DNA of 63,335 bases, counting the filler, from Chiloscyllium plagiosum (Eukaryota), in assembly GCF_004010195.1 (NCBI RefSeq). It is 4 parts of 2 records of this genome, joined end to end, with 100 filler letters (N's around TTAATTAATTAA, not from the genome) between each part and the next. Parts side by side here need not be neighbours in the genome. Positions count along the whole stretch, not along the records: positions 1 to 28,083 come from NC_057711.1; 3 more parts are not named here. One strand, given 5' to 3'. How positions within the stretch are numbered: position 1 is the stretch's first letter; each line of letters opens with the position of its first letter. Under the pieces are notes generated by a model. That model made no database searches. It was not told the origin of the DNA and saw nothing but the letters and a program-made list of their open reading frames with translations. This document shows positions 1 through 12,530 of this stretch, piece by piece. Made by a program: the position numbers and the translations under genes.

Positions 1-992
1 TCACTAGCGGTGTTCTGCAAGGATCTGTTTTGGGACCATTGCTGTTTGTCATTTTTATAAATGACCTGGAAGAGGGGTTAGAAGGTTGGGTGAGCAAGTT
101 TGTGGATGATACGAAAGTCGGAGGAGTTGTTGACAGTGAGGAAGGATGTGTCAGGTTACAGCGGGATATAGATAAGCTGCAGAACTGGGCAGAAAGGTGG
201 CAAATGTAGTTCAATGTAGCTAAGTGTGAGGTGATTCACTTTGGTAAGGGTAATAAAAAGATGGGGTACTGGGCTAACGGTCGGCTACTTGGTAGTGTGG
301 ATGAGCAGAGTGATCTTGGTGTCCATGTACACAAATCTTTGCAAGTTGCCACCCAGGTAAATAGTGCGGTGAGAGAGGCATATGGCGTACTGGCTTTTAT
401 TGGTCGAGGAATTGAGTTCCGGAGTCCTGAGGTCATGTTGCAGATGTATAAGACTTTGGTGCAGCCGCATCTGGAGTATTGTGTGCAGTTTTGGTCGCCA
501 TACTATAGGAGGGATGTGGAGGCACTGGAACGGGTGCAGAGGAGGTTTACCGGGATGTTGCCTGGTATGGTAGGAAGATCGTATGAGGAAAGGCTGAGGC
601 ACTTGGGGTTGTTTTCATTGAGAAAAGAAGGTTTAGGGGTGACTTGGTAGAGGTGTACAAGATGATTAGGGGTTTAGATAGGGTCGACAGTGAGAATCTT
701 TTTCCACGTATGGAGTCAGCTATTACAAGGGGGCATAGCTTTAAATTAAGGGGGGGTAGGTATAGGACAGATGTTAGGGGTAGGTTCTTTACTCAGCGAG
801 TTGTGAGTTCATGGAATGCCCTGCCAGTAGCAGTGGTGGACTCTCCCTCATTATGGGCATTTAAGCGGGCATTGGATAGGCATATGGAGGATAGTGGGCT
901 AATGTAGGTTAGGTGGGCTTGGATCGGCGCAACATCGAGGGCCGAAGGGCCTGTACTGCGCTATATTCTTCTATGTTCTATGTTCTATGTTC
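1..992 (+). mobile_element. CR1-clade LINE (HER1-like), 3' end of ORF2 RT plus 3' UTR and (TTCTATG)n tail; decayed
   Basis: RT motifs [10 protein letters not shown] / FVDDTK at the start; ORFs 231-650 and 644-907 contain HLEYCVQFWSP, LERVQRRF and FFTQRVV; ends in ttctatgttctatgttctatgttc. Confidence 0.95.
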
Positions 993-1132
993 ACTGTTTT
1001 GATCATACAGCACTGCCCTTTGATGTGAAGGGCAGTGTTTATCACTGGTCACCCGGGTGTTTTCTTATCTTGAGTGTGAGTGTACATGCAAGGACTCTCC
1101 TTGAAGGGTCCTGGACTAGCTGTCCTATAGAG

Positions 1133-1172
1133 AGAAGGAAGGAAGGAAGGAAGGAAGAAAGAAAGAAAGAAG
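1133..1172 (+). repeat. (GGAA)n(GAAA)n purine microsatellite
   Basis: gaaggaaggaaggaaggaaggaagaaagaaagaaagaag read directly. Confidence 0.9.
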
Positions 1173-1234
1173 AGACCAGCACTCCCACTGCTGGTCTCTG
1201 GGACTCTGCCTAGATTTGCTTCAGCTGTTGCTGC

Positions 1235-1935
1235 TTGGGGCCTACCTCACTGCTGCTGCCTGGGACTTGCCTTGGGGCCCCTCCCAGGACCTCCACCACT
1301 GCCACTGCTGAAGGCCCACCTCCACTGCTGCTGCCTGGGACTCAATTTTGGGGCTGCCTGGGACTTGCCTTGGGGACCCTCCCCAACAGGTCTGCCCCCT
1401 CACTGCTGCGACCAAAGGCCTGCCCAGGACTTGCCAGAGGCCTGCCTCCACTGCTGCTGTTGCCTGAGGCCTGCCTCCACCACCGCTGCCTGGGACTCGC
1501 CTTGGTCCCCTCCCCAGGACCTCCACTGCTGCTGCCTGGGACTCAATTTTGAGGCTGCCTGGGACTTGCCTTTGGGACCCTCCCCAACAGGTCTGCCCCA
1601 TCACCACTGCGACCAAAGGCCTACCTAGGATTTGCCTGAGGCTTGCCTCCACTGCTGCCACTGCCTGAGACTCGCCTTGGGCCCCTCCACCACTACTGCC
1701 TGGGACTCAATTTTGGGGCTGCCTGGGACTTGCCTTGGCGACCCTCCTCAACAGGACTGCCCCCACCGCCGCAATCGAGGGCCAACCTAGGACTCGCCCG
1801 AGGCCTGCCTCTACTGCTGTTGTCGCCTGAGGCCTGCCACCTCCACCGCTGCCTGGGACTCGCCTTGGCCCCTCCCTACAACCTCCACCACTGCTGCTGC
1901 CGGAGGCACACCTCTGCCGCTGCTGCCTGGGGCCT
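1235..1935 (+). repeat. Tandem ~200-bp monomer array in the putative Tx1 5' UTR
   Basis: ctgcctgggactcaattttg(g/a)ggctgcctgggacttgcc recurs at ~1332, ~1533 and ~1696; built from shorter ctgcctgggac subunits. Confidence 0.85.
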
Positions 1936-1956
1936 GCCAACGTCCAGCAGCAGAGT

Positions 1957-4221
1957 ATGGCGAGCCCAAAGGTCGCAGGGCCCAGCCGCACCTACGCCGG
2001 GGTAGCCGCTGCCTTGGGCTCGGCTGTCCCAACCCCGGCTGCGACGTCAACCTTCAGGCACCTAAACGCCTTGGGGTCAAGGCCTATCCCCACCCTAACA
2101 TGTCCATCGAGGTCTGCAGCAAGGCCATGGCTAGTGTGGTCGGCCCACTGGCCATCGTCGCTGCGGCCCCGATGTATGGGAAGGCCGTCTTTTTCCTGAA
2201 GACCGAGCAGGCGGTCCACCTGGCCTTGGAGAGGGGGCTCACTGTGGGCGGGACACATTTGCCCGTCGACCCTCTGGCGGTTACGGCCCAGAGGGTCGTG
2301 ATCTCTAACGTCCTGCCCTTCATTTCGAGTGAGCTCCTTCTCCCCCACCTCACCACCCTGGGGGAGATCCGGTCAGGGGTCCAACCACTCCTGCTCGGTC
2401 TGAAGGACCCTGCCCTCAGACACATCTACTCCTTCCGACGCCAGGTATTTATTTGTCTGGCCCGGGAGGAGGTCACTGAGGGCAATTTTACCGTCCTCCA
2501 CGAGGGCGTGGCCTACCGCGCCTTCTGGACGGCGTGCGGTGCCACATGTGCCACGAGGTGGGGCACATAAGGAAAAACTGCCCCACCAACAAGGCTGCCC
2601 AGCCCGTGCCAACGGCTGATGGTGGTGCCGCCGCACCCACTCCCCCTCCCCCAAAGTCAACACCTCCAGCCCCGGTACCGAAGCCAGATGCTTCCAATAC
2701 TTCAGGGGTGAGCGTCCGACCGGCCAGAAGGCGCAGAAGAAGACGCGACGCGTCAGGCCAGCCCACGGGGAGACCACCCTATCCCCTTCCCCGACACCTA
2801 GCCCACGACCTGCCCTGTCCCGGCACGACAATGCCCCTGCGGCCGTGCCAGCGTCGCCCCGGTGCGGGAATCCTGACCCTCAAACCCCCGAACCCGTACC
2901 TGATCCTAACCCCACTGACCCCACACCCACTCCCCACCCCGATAGAGAAACCCCTCAGGATTCAACGCCTGCGCCTGGCACTGCAACACCTGGCCCGGGG
3001 GCACCTGAGCCCGAGCCCTGCCCAACCCAGCCACGTCCTGGCACTAACCTGGGGGAAACCACCGCTGCCCCACCTCCTGCAGCGACCGTGTCTCCGGGCC
3101 CCAGAGAGGCAACTGGGCCCCTGCCCCGCCCGCCCTCACCTGATAAACCGGGGCGGGGCAAGAAGTGACACGGCTGACCCTCCCCACCCTGGGCACATCC
3201 CCTGTCTTCCCCCAGCCGATTGTATTCGGGGAAAGGCTGGGGGGAAGGACCTCGGGCCCCATGACCACCAAGGCGGGCGGGGAGGGGAAGGCCCCTAAAT
3301 ACCCCCCGGTCTCTCTGGGGAAGTGGCACCGGCCCCTGGAAGGGAGAGACATTCCAGCAGCGCGCCGGCGGCGCTGCCCCTCTCCGGGGGATGAACCAAC
3401 GGTGCCCCTCGACTGTCCCGCACCGCGGCCCGACCTACGCGGACCCCCGGGGGCTACAGCAGGGCCTCCTGCTGCCTCAACTCCTCCGGCCCCTGGGGAG
3501 GGCCTTAATAACCATGAGGGCCGTGGTGCGGGCGACGACGGAGGACCCTCTGCTGGGTTGTCGAGCGGTGGAGGGGAGGAGGGTGTTATCCTCGCTCCTC
3601 CCTCCCAGACTGTTTTTCCGGGGGCCTTGGCCCTGGGGGATGACCTTTTCCTGGGGTATGACCTTTTCCCCCGAGGAGCCAGGCGTCCCGGTGTCGGGAG
3701 AGGAGCGGGGCCCTGAGCCTCTGCCGCCCGACGACCCGAACTCGGGGCGTTCCGGGAAGGGGTGCGCCAAGGAAGGTACCACCGGTGACCCTGGGGGTGT
3801 GTTCGCCGGGGGTTTGAGGCCGGTTGGCGACGCCGGACCAGCACCCAGCCTCTTGGTGGGGGAGGGGTTGGTGACCGAGGGCGACCTCCCGGAGGAGGGT
3901 TCGGGATCAGTGGCGAACACCGGGGACGACGCGGACTCCGTCTGCAGTGACATTTTTGAGTCCCAGGTGCCCCCCACCGATCTCCCCCTCATCCCCCTCG
4001 AGGAACTCCGGGAATTTGTTGAGAAAACTCGGGGTCGCCAGGATAGAGCCCAACTGGCGCTCAACCGCTGGAGCTCATTTGAGAAAGTGTACTGGTCGGC
4101 CCACGCTGCTCGCCAGGCGCCTGGGCTCGATGTTAACGAGTGAAAGCGAGTCAGGAACTTCCTGGGGGCACTCCTGGTGAGGGCGAGGGGCTACTGTGCC
4201 CCTCCCTCGTCCTCCCTGTAA
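1957..4221 (+). pseudogene. Tx1 ORF1 (RRM-like + CCHC zinc knuckle + Pro-rich linker), frameshifted
   Basis: MASPKVAGPSRTYAGV start; GKAVFFLKTEQAV...VVISNVLPFI; knuckle CHMCHEVGHIRKNC at ~2540; spread over ORFs 1957, 2100, 2534, 2845 and 3391. Confidence 0.85.
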
Positions 4222-4223
4222 AT

Positions 4224-7090
4224 ATGTAGATAGGTTTGTTAACTGTACTGGTGGTGGTTGCACAACGCTTCCGAAAAAAAAAGAAACCCTCACTACCCCG
4301 GGAGACGAAGCCACCTGGCTCCTGGAGTGGCGAGGGGGGGTCTACATGAGTCACCTCACCCGCAGATCTGGCGGGGTGGCTATCCTGTTGGCCCCGCATT
4401 TTCAGCCAGAGATCTTGGGGGTCAGGGAGTCTGTGCCAGGCTTCACCTGACGGTTCGGCTGGGGGGCACGGTGCTTCACTTGGTGAACGTCTACGCTCCC
4501 CTGGCCGGGCCGAGGCAAGCGAGCTTCTTTGAAGAAGTGTCCACTCAGCTTGCTTCCATCGACGCGAACCAGTGCGTTTTCCTCAGGGGAGATTTTAACT
4601 GTGTCCTCGAGGGCAGGGACCACGGCGGTGCCCTCACTGGCTGGGCAACGGGGAGGAGGTTGGGGGACTTGGTCAAGTCCTTCGACCTGGTGGACGTCTG
4701 GTGGAATCTCCATCCCGACTCCATCGCCTTCACCTTCGTGAGGCCTGGGGTTGGAGCGTCTAGAATTGACTGCCTGTACGTTTCGCGGGCGTACGCCTCC
4801 TGTTTTCCGAAGGACTCCACGCGGCAGGTGTCGTGCACGGACCATCACCTGGTGTGGGCGGTACTCCTTCCGTTTGGCGCCAGGTTCGGTTCCACGTACT
4901 GGCACTTTAACAACCTGCTGCTGGAGGACAAGCGGTTCCGGGACTCGTTTCGTCGTTTCTGGGCCGGCTGGAGAAGGAAGTGGGGAAGCTTCCCCTCCCT
5001 GAGGCTATGGTGGGACGTGGGCAAGGCCCACGTCCACGTCTTCTGTCAGGAGTATGCGAGGGGGTCGACGAAGAGGTGGAAATCCAGGATCGGGGAGTTA
5101 GAGAGGGAGATACTCGACCTGGAGTCACGCCTTGGTCAGCCCGACGCGGACCCGGCCCTGTGAGGGGTGTACGAAGAGAAGAAGGCCGCGCACCGGGACC
5201 TGCAGCTCGTCGGGGCTCGGGGCACGTACGTGAGGTCGCGGATCCAGCTCCTCCAGGACCTGGATCGCGGCTCCCCCTTCTTCTACTTGCTGGAAAAAAG
5301 GCATGGCACCCGTCAGCAGCTCCTTGTGCTGCTGGCCGACGATGGGTCCCTCGTCTCGGATCCGGAGGGCATCAGGGCCCACGCCCGAAACTATTACACG
5401 GCTCTGTTCTCTCCGGATCCGTCCAGCGAGGATGCTCGCAGAGTTCTGTGGGAGGACCTGCCGCAGCTCAGCCCGGAGGATGCCGGAAGGCTCGACGCGC
5501 CCGTCCCTTTAGAGGAGCTGACCGGTGCCCTCGGCCAGCTCTCGAGGGGCAAGTCCCCGGGGCTGGACGGGCTGACTGTGGAGTTCTTCAGGGCGTTCTG
5601 GGACGTCCTGGGGAGCAACTACGTACAGGTCCTGGGGGAGTTTCTAAATGCCGGACAGCTGCCCCTTTCTTGGCGCAGAGCGGTCATCGTCCTGCTGCCA
5701 AAGAAGGGGGACCTTCGTTCTTTAAAGAACTGGCGTCCGGTCTCCCTCAGCACGGATTACAAAATCTTCGCCAGGGTGTTGTCTTCTCGCCTGGCTTCCG
5801 TGCTGGCCCACATGATTCACCCGGACCAGTCCTACACGGTCCCGGGCCGGAGGATACACGATAACGTCCACCTGGTCCGGGACCTGATCCATTTCTGTCG
5901 ACGGGCTGGTCTGCTGAGCGCCTTCCTGTCTCTCGACCAGGAGAAGGCGTTCGACAGGGTCGATCACGAGTACCTGCTCGGGACTCTGCGGGCATTCGGG
6001 TTCGGGACGCAGTTTATCACCCGGATCCGACTTTTATACGCCACCGCAGAGTGTCTGGTTAAAGTTAACGGATCCCTGACGGCGCCCCTTCACTTCGGGA
6101 GAGGAGTGCGTCAAGGCTGCCCCCTGTCCAGCCAGCTGTATTCCCTGTGCGTGGAGCCTTTCCTGCGCCTCTTGCGGAGGAGGTTGTCAGGGCTGGTTCT
6201 GCGCGGCGCGTGCACGGGGGTGGTCCTCTCTGCCTACGCCGCCGACGTGCTCCTCACTTTCACCAACCCGGCTGACCTGGGGAGGATGCGCGAGTGCCAG
6301 GCCGTGTACTCGGCGGCGTCTTCCGCCAGGATCAACTGGGCCAAATGTTCCGGACTACTGGTCGGTCCATAGTGGGTGGACTCTCTGCCGGAGGAGTTAC
6401 GGGGGTTCAGCTGGAGTACCACCCATCTCCTCTACCTGGGGGTCTACCTCAGCCCGGCTGAGGAATCCTGGCCGGCCAACTGGCAGGAGCTGGAGGCCAA
6501 AGTCTCGGTTCGCCTAGGCCGCTGGACAGGACTGCTCCGAGTACTATCTTACAGGAGTCGAGTGCTGGTCATAAGCCAGCTGGTGGCCGCCATGCTGTGG
6601 TACCGGCTGGTCACTTTGGTCCCTCCTCCTGGCTTTGTCGCTGACATCCAGAGAACGTTGGTCGACTTCTTCTGGAACAAAATGATGCACTCGGTCGCTG
6701 CGTAGGTTGAGTTCCCCTACTGAGGAGGGCGGTCAGTCGCTGGTGTGCGTCCATACCCAGGACGTGACGTTCCGCCTTCAGACCTTGCGGCGATACCTTT
6801 ACGTCGAGCCTCCTCCTAGGTGGTGCACCCTGGCGACATTTTTTTTCCGCCAGGTGCGTAGCCTCAACTACGACACGCAGCTCCTGTTCGTCGACTGTGA
6901 CGGTTTGGAGGTCACCCTCAAGATGCTGCCTGTCTTTTGCCAGGACCTGATCACTGTTTGGAAAATGGTCGAATCGCGTCGCGCCTACCCTCCGGCTGGA
7001 GTAGCGGCTGTCGTCAGGGAGCCGTTGCTCAGGAATCTGCACCTCCGTACTCGCGGGTTCGAGTGGCTGTCGGAGGGGAGGGCCTCTCAA
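4224..7090 (+). pseudogene. Tx1 ORF2 (AP endonuclease + reverse transcriptase), disrupted
   Basis: APE motifs NVYAP, GDFNC, SRIDC, TDHHLV; RT motifs KSPGLDGLTVEFF, KNWRPVSL, LDQEKAFDRVDH, GVRQGCPLS, SAYAAD(V); in-frame stops at ~5161 and ~6370. Confidence 0.93.
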
Positions 7091-7479
7091 GGCCGTTTGA
7101 CCACATCCTGTTGTGGTCCATTGTTAGATATATCCTCCTTCACTACCATCTGTTTCCTTTACTTGTTATGACCTTATGACCTCTTGATTGTGGTTTGTGC
7201 TTGTTTTTGCAGAACCGGGAAATAGATGCTTATAACTACTGTTTGTACAGGCATATCTAGCTTAACCCCCTCCCCTCACAGCACCTTATCTATTTGTCTG
7301 TAACATCTACCATTGTTTGCAGGCACATTTCATTCTTGTATGCACATTTTAGCTAATACAAAAACAATTATAATTTTCCTTCACATAGTTTTCATTCTTG
7401 TTGACTCAGCTCTTGGCTAAAACAATTATACACTGGCGTTAGTTCATTTACCTTGCATAAGTAATTATGATTGCAGAAG

Positions 7480-8165
7480 TAACACTGCTTTACCTATATT
7501 CCACAATAGACATCTGCAATAAAGAATTCTCTACCTTCCAAGAGAAGGAATTCTTCCACATTTGTCTTAAATGTGTGATCACTTTTTCTGAGATTATGGT
7601 CTCTGCTCCTAGACTCTCCCACAATGACGAAAACAATCTTTCTGCATCTACTCTGTCAAGTCCCCTAAGAAACTTGTATTTTTCAGTAAGGCCACCATTC
7701 ATTCTTCTAGATTCCAATGAGTAGAGGCCCATCGACTCAACCTCTTCTCATAAGTCAGTCCCTCCATACCTGGTATCAACCTAATGAATCTTCTTTGGAT
7801 TGTCTCCAATGCCAGTATATCTTTCCTTAGATAAGGGGTCCAAATTGCTCAGAGTGAAATCGGAATAATGCCTTGTATAGTTTTAACAAAACCTCCCTAC
7901 CTTTATCCTCCATTCACATTGAAATAAAGACCAACACCCCATTTACTTTCTCTATTACCTGCTGATCTTGGGTACCAGTTATTTGTGATTTATGACTGAA
8001 GACTCCAAAATCCCTCTATTCTGTATCTTTCTGCAGTCTTTCTCCAGCTAAACAAATCCAGCTCCTCTATTCTTCCTTCCAAAGTGTTTAACCTCAGGTT
8101 TTACCCCATTATATTCCATCTGCCACATTTTTGCCTACTCATTTAACCTCTCCATTATCTTCTCC
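7480..8165 (-). mobile_element. CR1 LINE 3' fragment
   Basis: Minus ORF 7490-7732 GLYSLESRRMNGGLTEKYKFLRGLDRVDAERLF. Confidence 0.85.
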
Positions 8166-8179
8166 ATGTGCATTTTTAA

Positions 8180-8375
8180 AATGGATAGGACTTTGATGGG
8201 GTAAATGTAAAGAAACTATTACTTCTGGTAAGGGAAATCTAGAACATAAGACAAAAGCAGAAAGCTTTTTTATTTCTAACGAGGGTAGTGAAATCTGGGA
8301 CCTACTCTGCCAAACAGTTGGCAGTGTTGAATCAATTGAAATGTTAATGGTTGATCTTGATTTTGTTTGAGACAA
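8180..8375 (+). mobile_element. Old CR1 3' fragment
   Basis: Degenerate GFDGVN..LF..ESRT / RVVKIW-like sequence. Confidence 0.5.
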
Positions 8376-8379
8376 GAAT

Positions 8380-8840
8380 TGTAAAGTACTGTAGCCAAGT
8401 GGTCAATGGCCAAAGCAACTAAACTCAACATAAAATTGGCTAACAGTTTCTGCAAGCAAGGCCTGATGAAATGCCATGGTTGCCACAGGTCAAAAACCAG
8501 ACGGAGATAAGCCCAGGCTTCTATTGTATATTGAACAATGGGAGAATTATTATGACCCAAATCTCATTCGGCCAGAACAATACGGAGAGACATTAGGTCT
8601 GTTTATTCCTCAGTTTTGCTCAGACCTTTTGGTGTCATGTTGTAATCATATCTTGAAAAAGGGCTGGAAACATCTTGGATGACCTGGCCTAACCTTACTG
8701 GCTGCTGTGACCCCTGCCCTATGACCCCATTGGCTCAAAATAGAGGACATTCCAAAAGGGCTAAAAAAGGGGGAATTTGTTGTGTAAGAGTTATTTAACT
8801 TGCAAGTGTTTCATTAAAACAAATTTGAACTGTAGTCCTT
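8380..8840 (+). mobile_element. Possible ERV/LTR-element 3' remnant (polypurine tract followed by TG-starting LTR)
   Basis: aaaaaagggggaat-ttgt at ~8763-8782 resembles a retroviral PPT/U3 junction; no pol or env motif recognised. Confidence 0.3.
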
Positions 8841-9127
8841 TGTCTCATAGAATTAGAGCACCTGGGTAAACTCATTTTGAACAATGAAATGGTCAAAGTG
8901 TCTATATAGAATATTTCATAGCCAACAGTACATCGATCCAGGTAAATGGATTTATTGAATTATTGAAGGGAGGGAAGGGGTCACTTCACTTTCAACAATA
9001 TAAACATCCTGATACCTTCCTCTTTACCAGCTGCTGTTTTGTGCTATGTCACAGCAGTGATCAGATAGTGTACCATATTTGAAGGAAAACAATCCAAAAC
9101 TGTAAGTTAGCTCGCAGAGCTTGAAGG

Positions 9128-10213
9128 AGACGTCCTATAAAAATGCCATCTCTTATTCCCAATTCCTCCACCTCCACCGCATCTGTTCCCAGGATGACCA
9201 ATTCCACCTCAGAAAATCCCAGATGGCCTCCTCCTTCCATGATCACAACTTCTCTTCCCAAGTGGTTGACGATGCCCTCCAGCACATCTCCTCCACTTTA
9301 CGCACCACTGCCCTTAAACCCTACCCCCTGGTCCTCACTTTTTACCCCACCAACCTCGCATACATCTCATTATCCTCTGCCACTTCCGCCATCTACAAAA
9401 GGACCTCACCATGAGAGATATATTTCCCTCCCCACCCCTACCAGTGTTCCAGAGAGACCAATCCCTCTGCAACTCCCTCATCAGGTCCACACCCCTCACC
9501 AGCCTATACCCCATTCCTGGCACCTTTGCCTGTCACCGCAGGAAATGCAAAACCTGTGCCCACACCACTCCCCTCACCTCTGTCCAAGACCCCAAGGGAT
9601 CCTTCCACATCCATCAGAAACTTACCTGTACCTCTACCAATGTCATCTACTGCATTCGTTGCACCAAGTGCGGTCTCCACTACATCGGGGAGACAGGATG
9701 CTTTCTTGCGGATCGTTTCAGAGAACATCTCTGGGACACCCGCATCCAGCAACACCACCGTCTCGTGGCTGAACACTTCAACTCCCTGTCCTACTCAGTC
9801 AAGGACGTGCAGGTCCTGGGCCTCCTCCACTGCCAAACCATTGCCACCCAACACCTGGAGGAAGGATGTCTCATATTCTGCCTTGGAACCCTGCAACCAC
9901 ACAAGATAAATGTGGATTTCAACAGCTTCTTCATTTCACCTCACCCCACATTATCCCAGTCCCAAGTCTCCAAACAGCACCGCTCTCTAGACCTGTCATC
10001 ACTCCCCCCGACCTATAACCTTCTCCAACACCTTCATATACCTATCATGTTCTGAGCTACCTTCTCCCCCAACCCCACCCCCCTTTACATTTATCTTTCA
10101 GCCCCAGCCCACAAGCCTCATTCCTGATGGAAGGGCTTATGCCCGAAACATCAATTCTCCTGTTTCTCGGATGCTGCCTGATCTGCTGTGCTTTTCCAGC
10201 ACCACACTCTCGA
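9128..10213 (+). mobile_element. Penelope-like element (Neptune type) 3' part: thumb, Cys linker, GIY-YIG endonuclease, HHR terminal repeat
   Basis: AISYSQFLHLHRICS; CHRRKCKTC; NVIYCIRCTKCGLHYIGETG..LADRFREH; LGTLQPHKINVDFN. Confidence 0.9.
10118..10156 (+). ncRNA. Minimal hammerhead ribozyme motif (degenerate) in the PLE terminal repeat
   Basis: ctgatgga-agggc-ttat-gccc-gaaacatc; extra G in the CUGANGA box. Confidence 0.6.
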
Positions 10214-10227
10214 TGCTGAGCTTGTTT

Positions 10228-10270
10228 TCAGATGTTTCATCATCATACTAGGTAACATCATCAGTGAGAG
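10228..10270 (-). ncRNA. Minimal hammerhead ribozyme motif in the inverted PLE arm
   Basis: Minus strand: cactgatga-tgttacctagtatgatgat-gaaacatctg. Confidence 0.65.
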
Positions 10271-12479
10271 TCTCTGGTGAAGCACTGGTAGTATGTCCCA
10301 CCTCTCTATTTATAGGTTTTGGTTTTTTAAGATGGGTGATGTAATTTCCAATTCTTTTTTTCATGAAAAGGAAGATAGGATTTAAGTCAATGTGTTTATT
10401 GATGGAGTTCTGGTTAGTATGCCATGCCTCTAAGAATTCTCGTGTGTCTTTGTTTCGCCTGTCCTAGAATGTGTGTGTTGTCCCAGTCAAAATCGTGTCC
10501 TTCTTTGTCTGTATGTATGGAGACTAGTGAGAGTGGGTCATGTCTTTTTGTGGCCAGTTGGTGTTCATGTATCCTGGTGGCAAGTTTCCTGTTAGTTTGT
10601 ATGATCTGGTGGGTTTTTTTTACAGTTCTTGTATGGTATCTTGTAAATGATGTTAGTTTTGCTGGTGGTAATTAATGGATCCTTTAGTTTCATTAGTGGC
10701 TGTTTAAGTGTGTTGATAGGTTTGTGGGCTACCATGATACCAAAGGGTCTTGGTAGTCTGGAAGTCATTTCTGATATGTCTTTGTGAGGTAATATGGCTT
10801 AAAAAAGACTTAAAAAGGACAAAAACATTGTTATCCTACCTGCAGATAAGGGACGCATGACCATTATTTTTAAAAAATCCAACCATCTTGAAAAGACGAA
10901 TACTGACACTTACCAGCAGGGGGGCGATAGACCCAGCCCCAGAGCGATTAAACAGAATTTCATCCTTTCTAACAGGACTTAAAAAATCAGGAGAATTTAA
11001 CAGGACAGGCTTCCAAAACATGAAACCAGATGGATCCAACACACCACACTTCTATGGATTATGAAAAATACACAAACCTGGTGGCCCCCTCAGACCCATT
11101 CTCTGCCTACCTGGTACACCAACGTACAGACCAGCCAAAGAACTCCACCAAAAACTAAAACACCTAATTGAAGATTCATGCCACTCCATTCCCTCCACCC
11201 AAGAATTCCTGAACACCATCAAAGACACCAAGATAGACGAGGAAAAAATAATGGTCTCCTTTGACATTACAGCCCTTACCACATCAATTAACATCAACCT
11301 GGCCAAAGAAACACTAGCATCACTACTAAGAAAACTAGGACCACAAACTACACAAACTACCAACTTCATCAGCAAAGACAACATCCTCAAGCTAGTGGAC
11401 CTGTGCCCCACCACACACTTCACATTCAATAACAAACCTACATACTAGTCAACGGAACACCTATTGGATCACTAATATCAGGGTTCATAGCCGAATCAGT
11501 AATGCAGAGACTTGCCCTCCCATCTATCCAACCCAAAATTTGGGACCGCTACGTAGAGGACACCTTCATCATCACAAAATGGAACAAATTAGAGGAACAT
11601 ACAACACTATCAACAATATCCTGACAGGCATAAAATTCACAAAAATGGAAGAGAACAACAGCAGATTCCCATTCCCACACGTTCAGTTAACGGAGAGCTT
11701 CAAAGTAGTGTCTACAGAAAAACAACAGGCACAGAACAAATATTTAACTTCAGAAGTAATCACCACAACACCCACAAAATGGACATTATTTCAATGAGCT
11801 AAATCACACTGCAGCACCCTAGAACTACAAAAATCAGAAGAAAAATATCTGTACATTTTCAAGAAAAATGAGTACCTAATAAACACAATTCGCTGATTCC
11901 TCAAAAACAAACTGAAACAAGCAGACACAATGCAACCAAAAACTATAGCCACATTACCTTACATCAAAGGCATATCAGAAATTACTTCCAAACTACTCAG
12001 ATCCTTTGGCATCATGGTAGCCCACAAACCTAACAACGCACTTAAACAGGCACTAATGAAACTAAAGGATCCATTAGATACCACCAGCAAAACTAATGTC
12101 ATTTACAAGATATCATGCAAGAACTGTAAAACACACTACATCGGACAAACTAGCAGAGAACTCACCACCAGGATACATGAACAACAATTGGCCACCAAAA
12201 GACATGACCCACTCTCACTAGTTTCCATACATACAGACAAAGAAGAACACAGTTTTGACTGGGACAACACACACATCCTAGGACAGGTGAAACAAAGACA
12301 TGCACAAGAATTCTTAGAGGCATAGCATTCTAACCAGAACTCCATCAATAAACATATCAACTAGATCCTATCTACCTTTTCTTGAAAAAAAAGCAACGGA
12401 CATATCATCAACCATCTTAAGAAACCCAAGACCTATAAATATAGAGGTGGGACATACCTCCAGTACTTGATCAGAGACT

Positions 12480-12530
12480 CTCACTGATGATGTTACCCAG
12501 TAACAATGATGATAGTGACGAAACATCCAA
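12480..12530 (+). ncRNA. Minimal hammerhead ribozyme motif in the PLE 3' repeat
   Basis: cactgatga-tgttac...gtgac-gaaacatc. Confidence 0.7.

Larger units (their letters stand above)
1170..7090 (+). mobile_element. Tx1-clade (L1 group) non-LTR retrotransposon, 3'-truncated, with frameshifts and stops
   Basis: Tandem-repeat 5' region, ORF1 with RRM-like region and CCHC knuckle, ORF2 with APE and RT motifs; GC- and CpG-rich compared with the flanks. Confidence 0.92.

Noticed and set aside
1235..1935. Repeat array as a CRISPR-like locus
   Set aside because: No unique spacers, units are degenerate tandem monomers, eukaryotic context, no cas genes.
1235..4200. Many long overlapping ORFs on both strands
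   Set aside because: By-product of high GC and tandem repeats in the Tx1 element; only the Tx1 ORF1 frames carry recognisable motifs.
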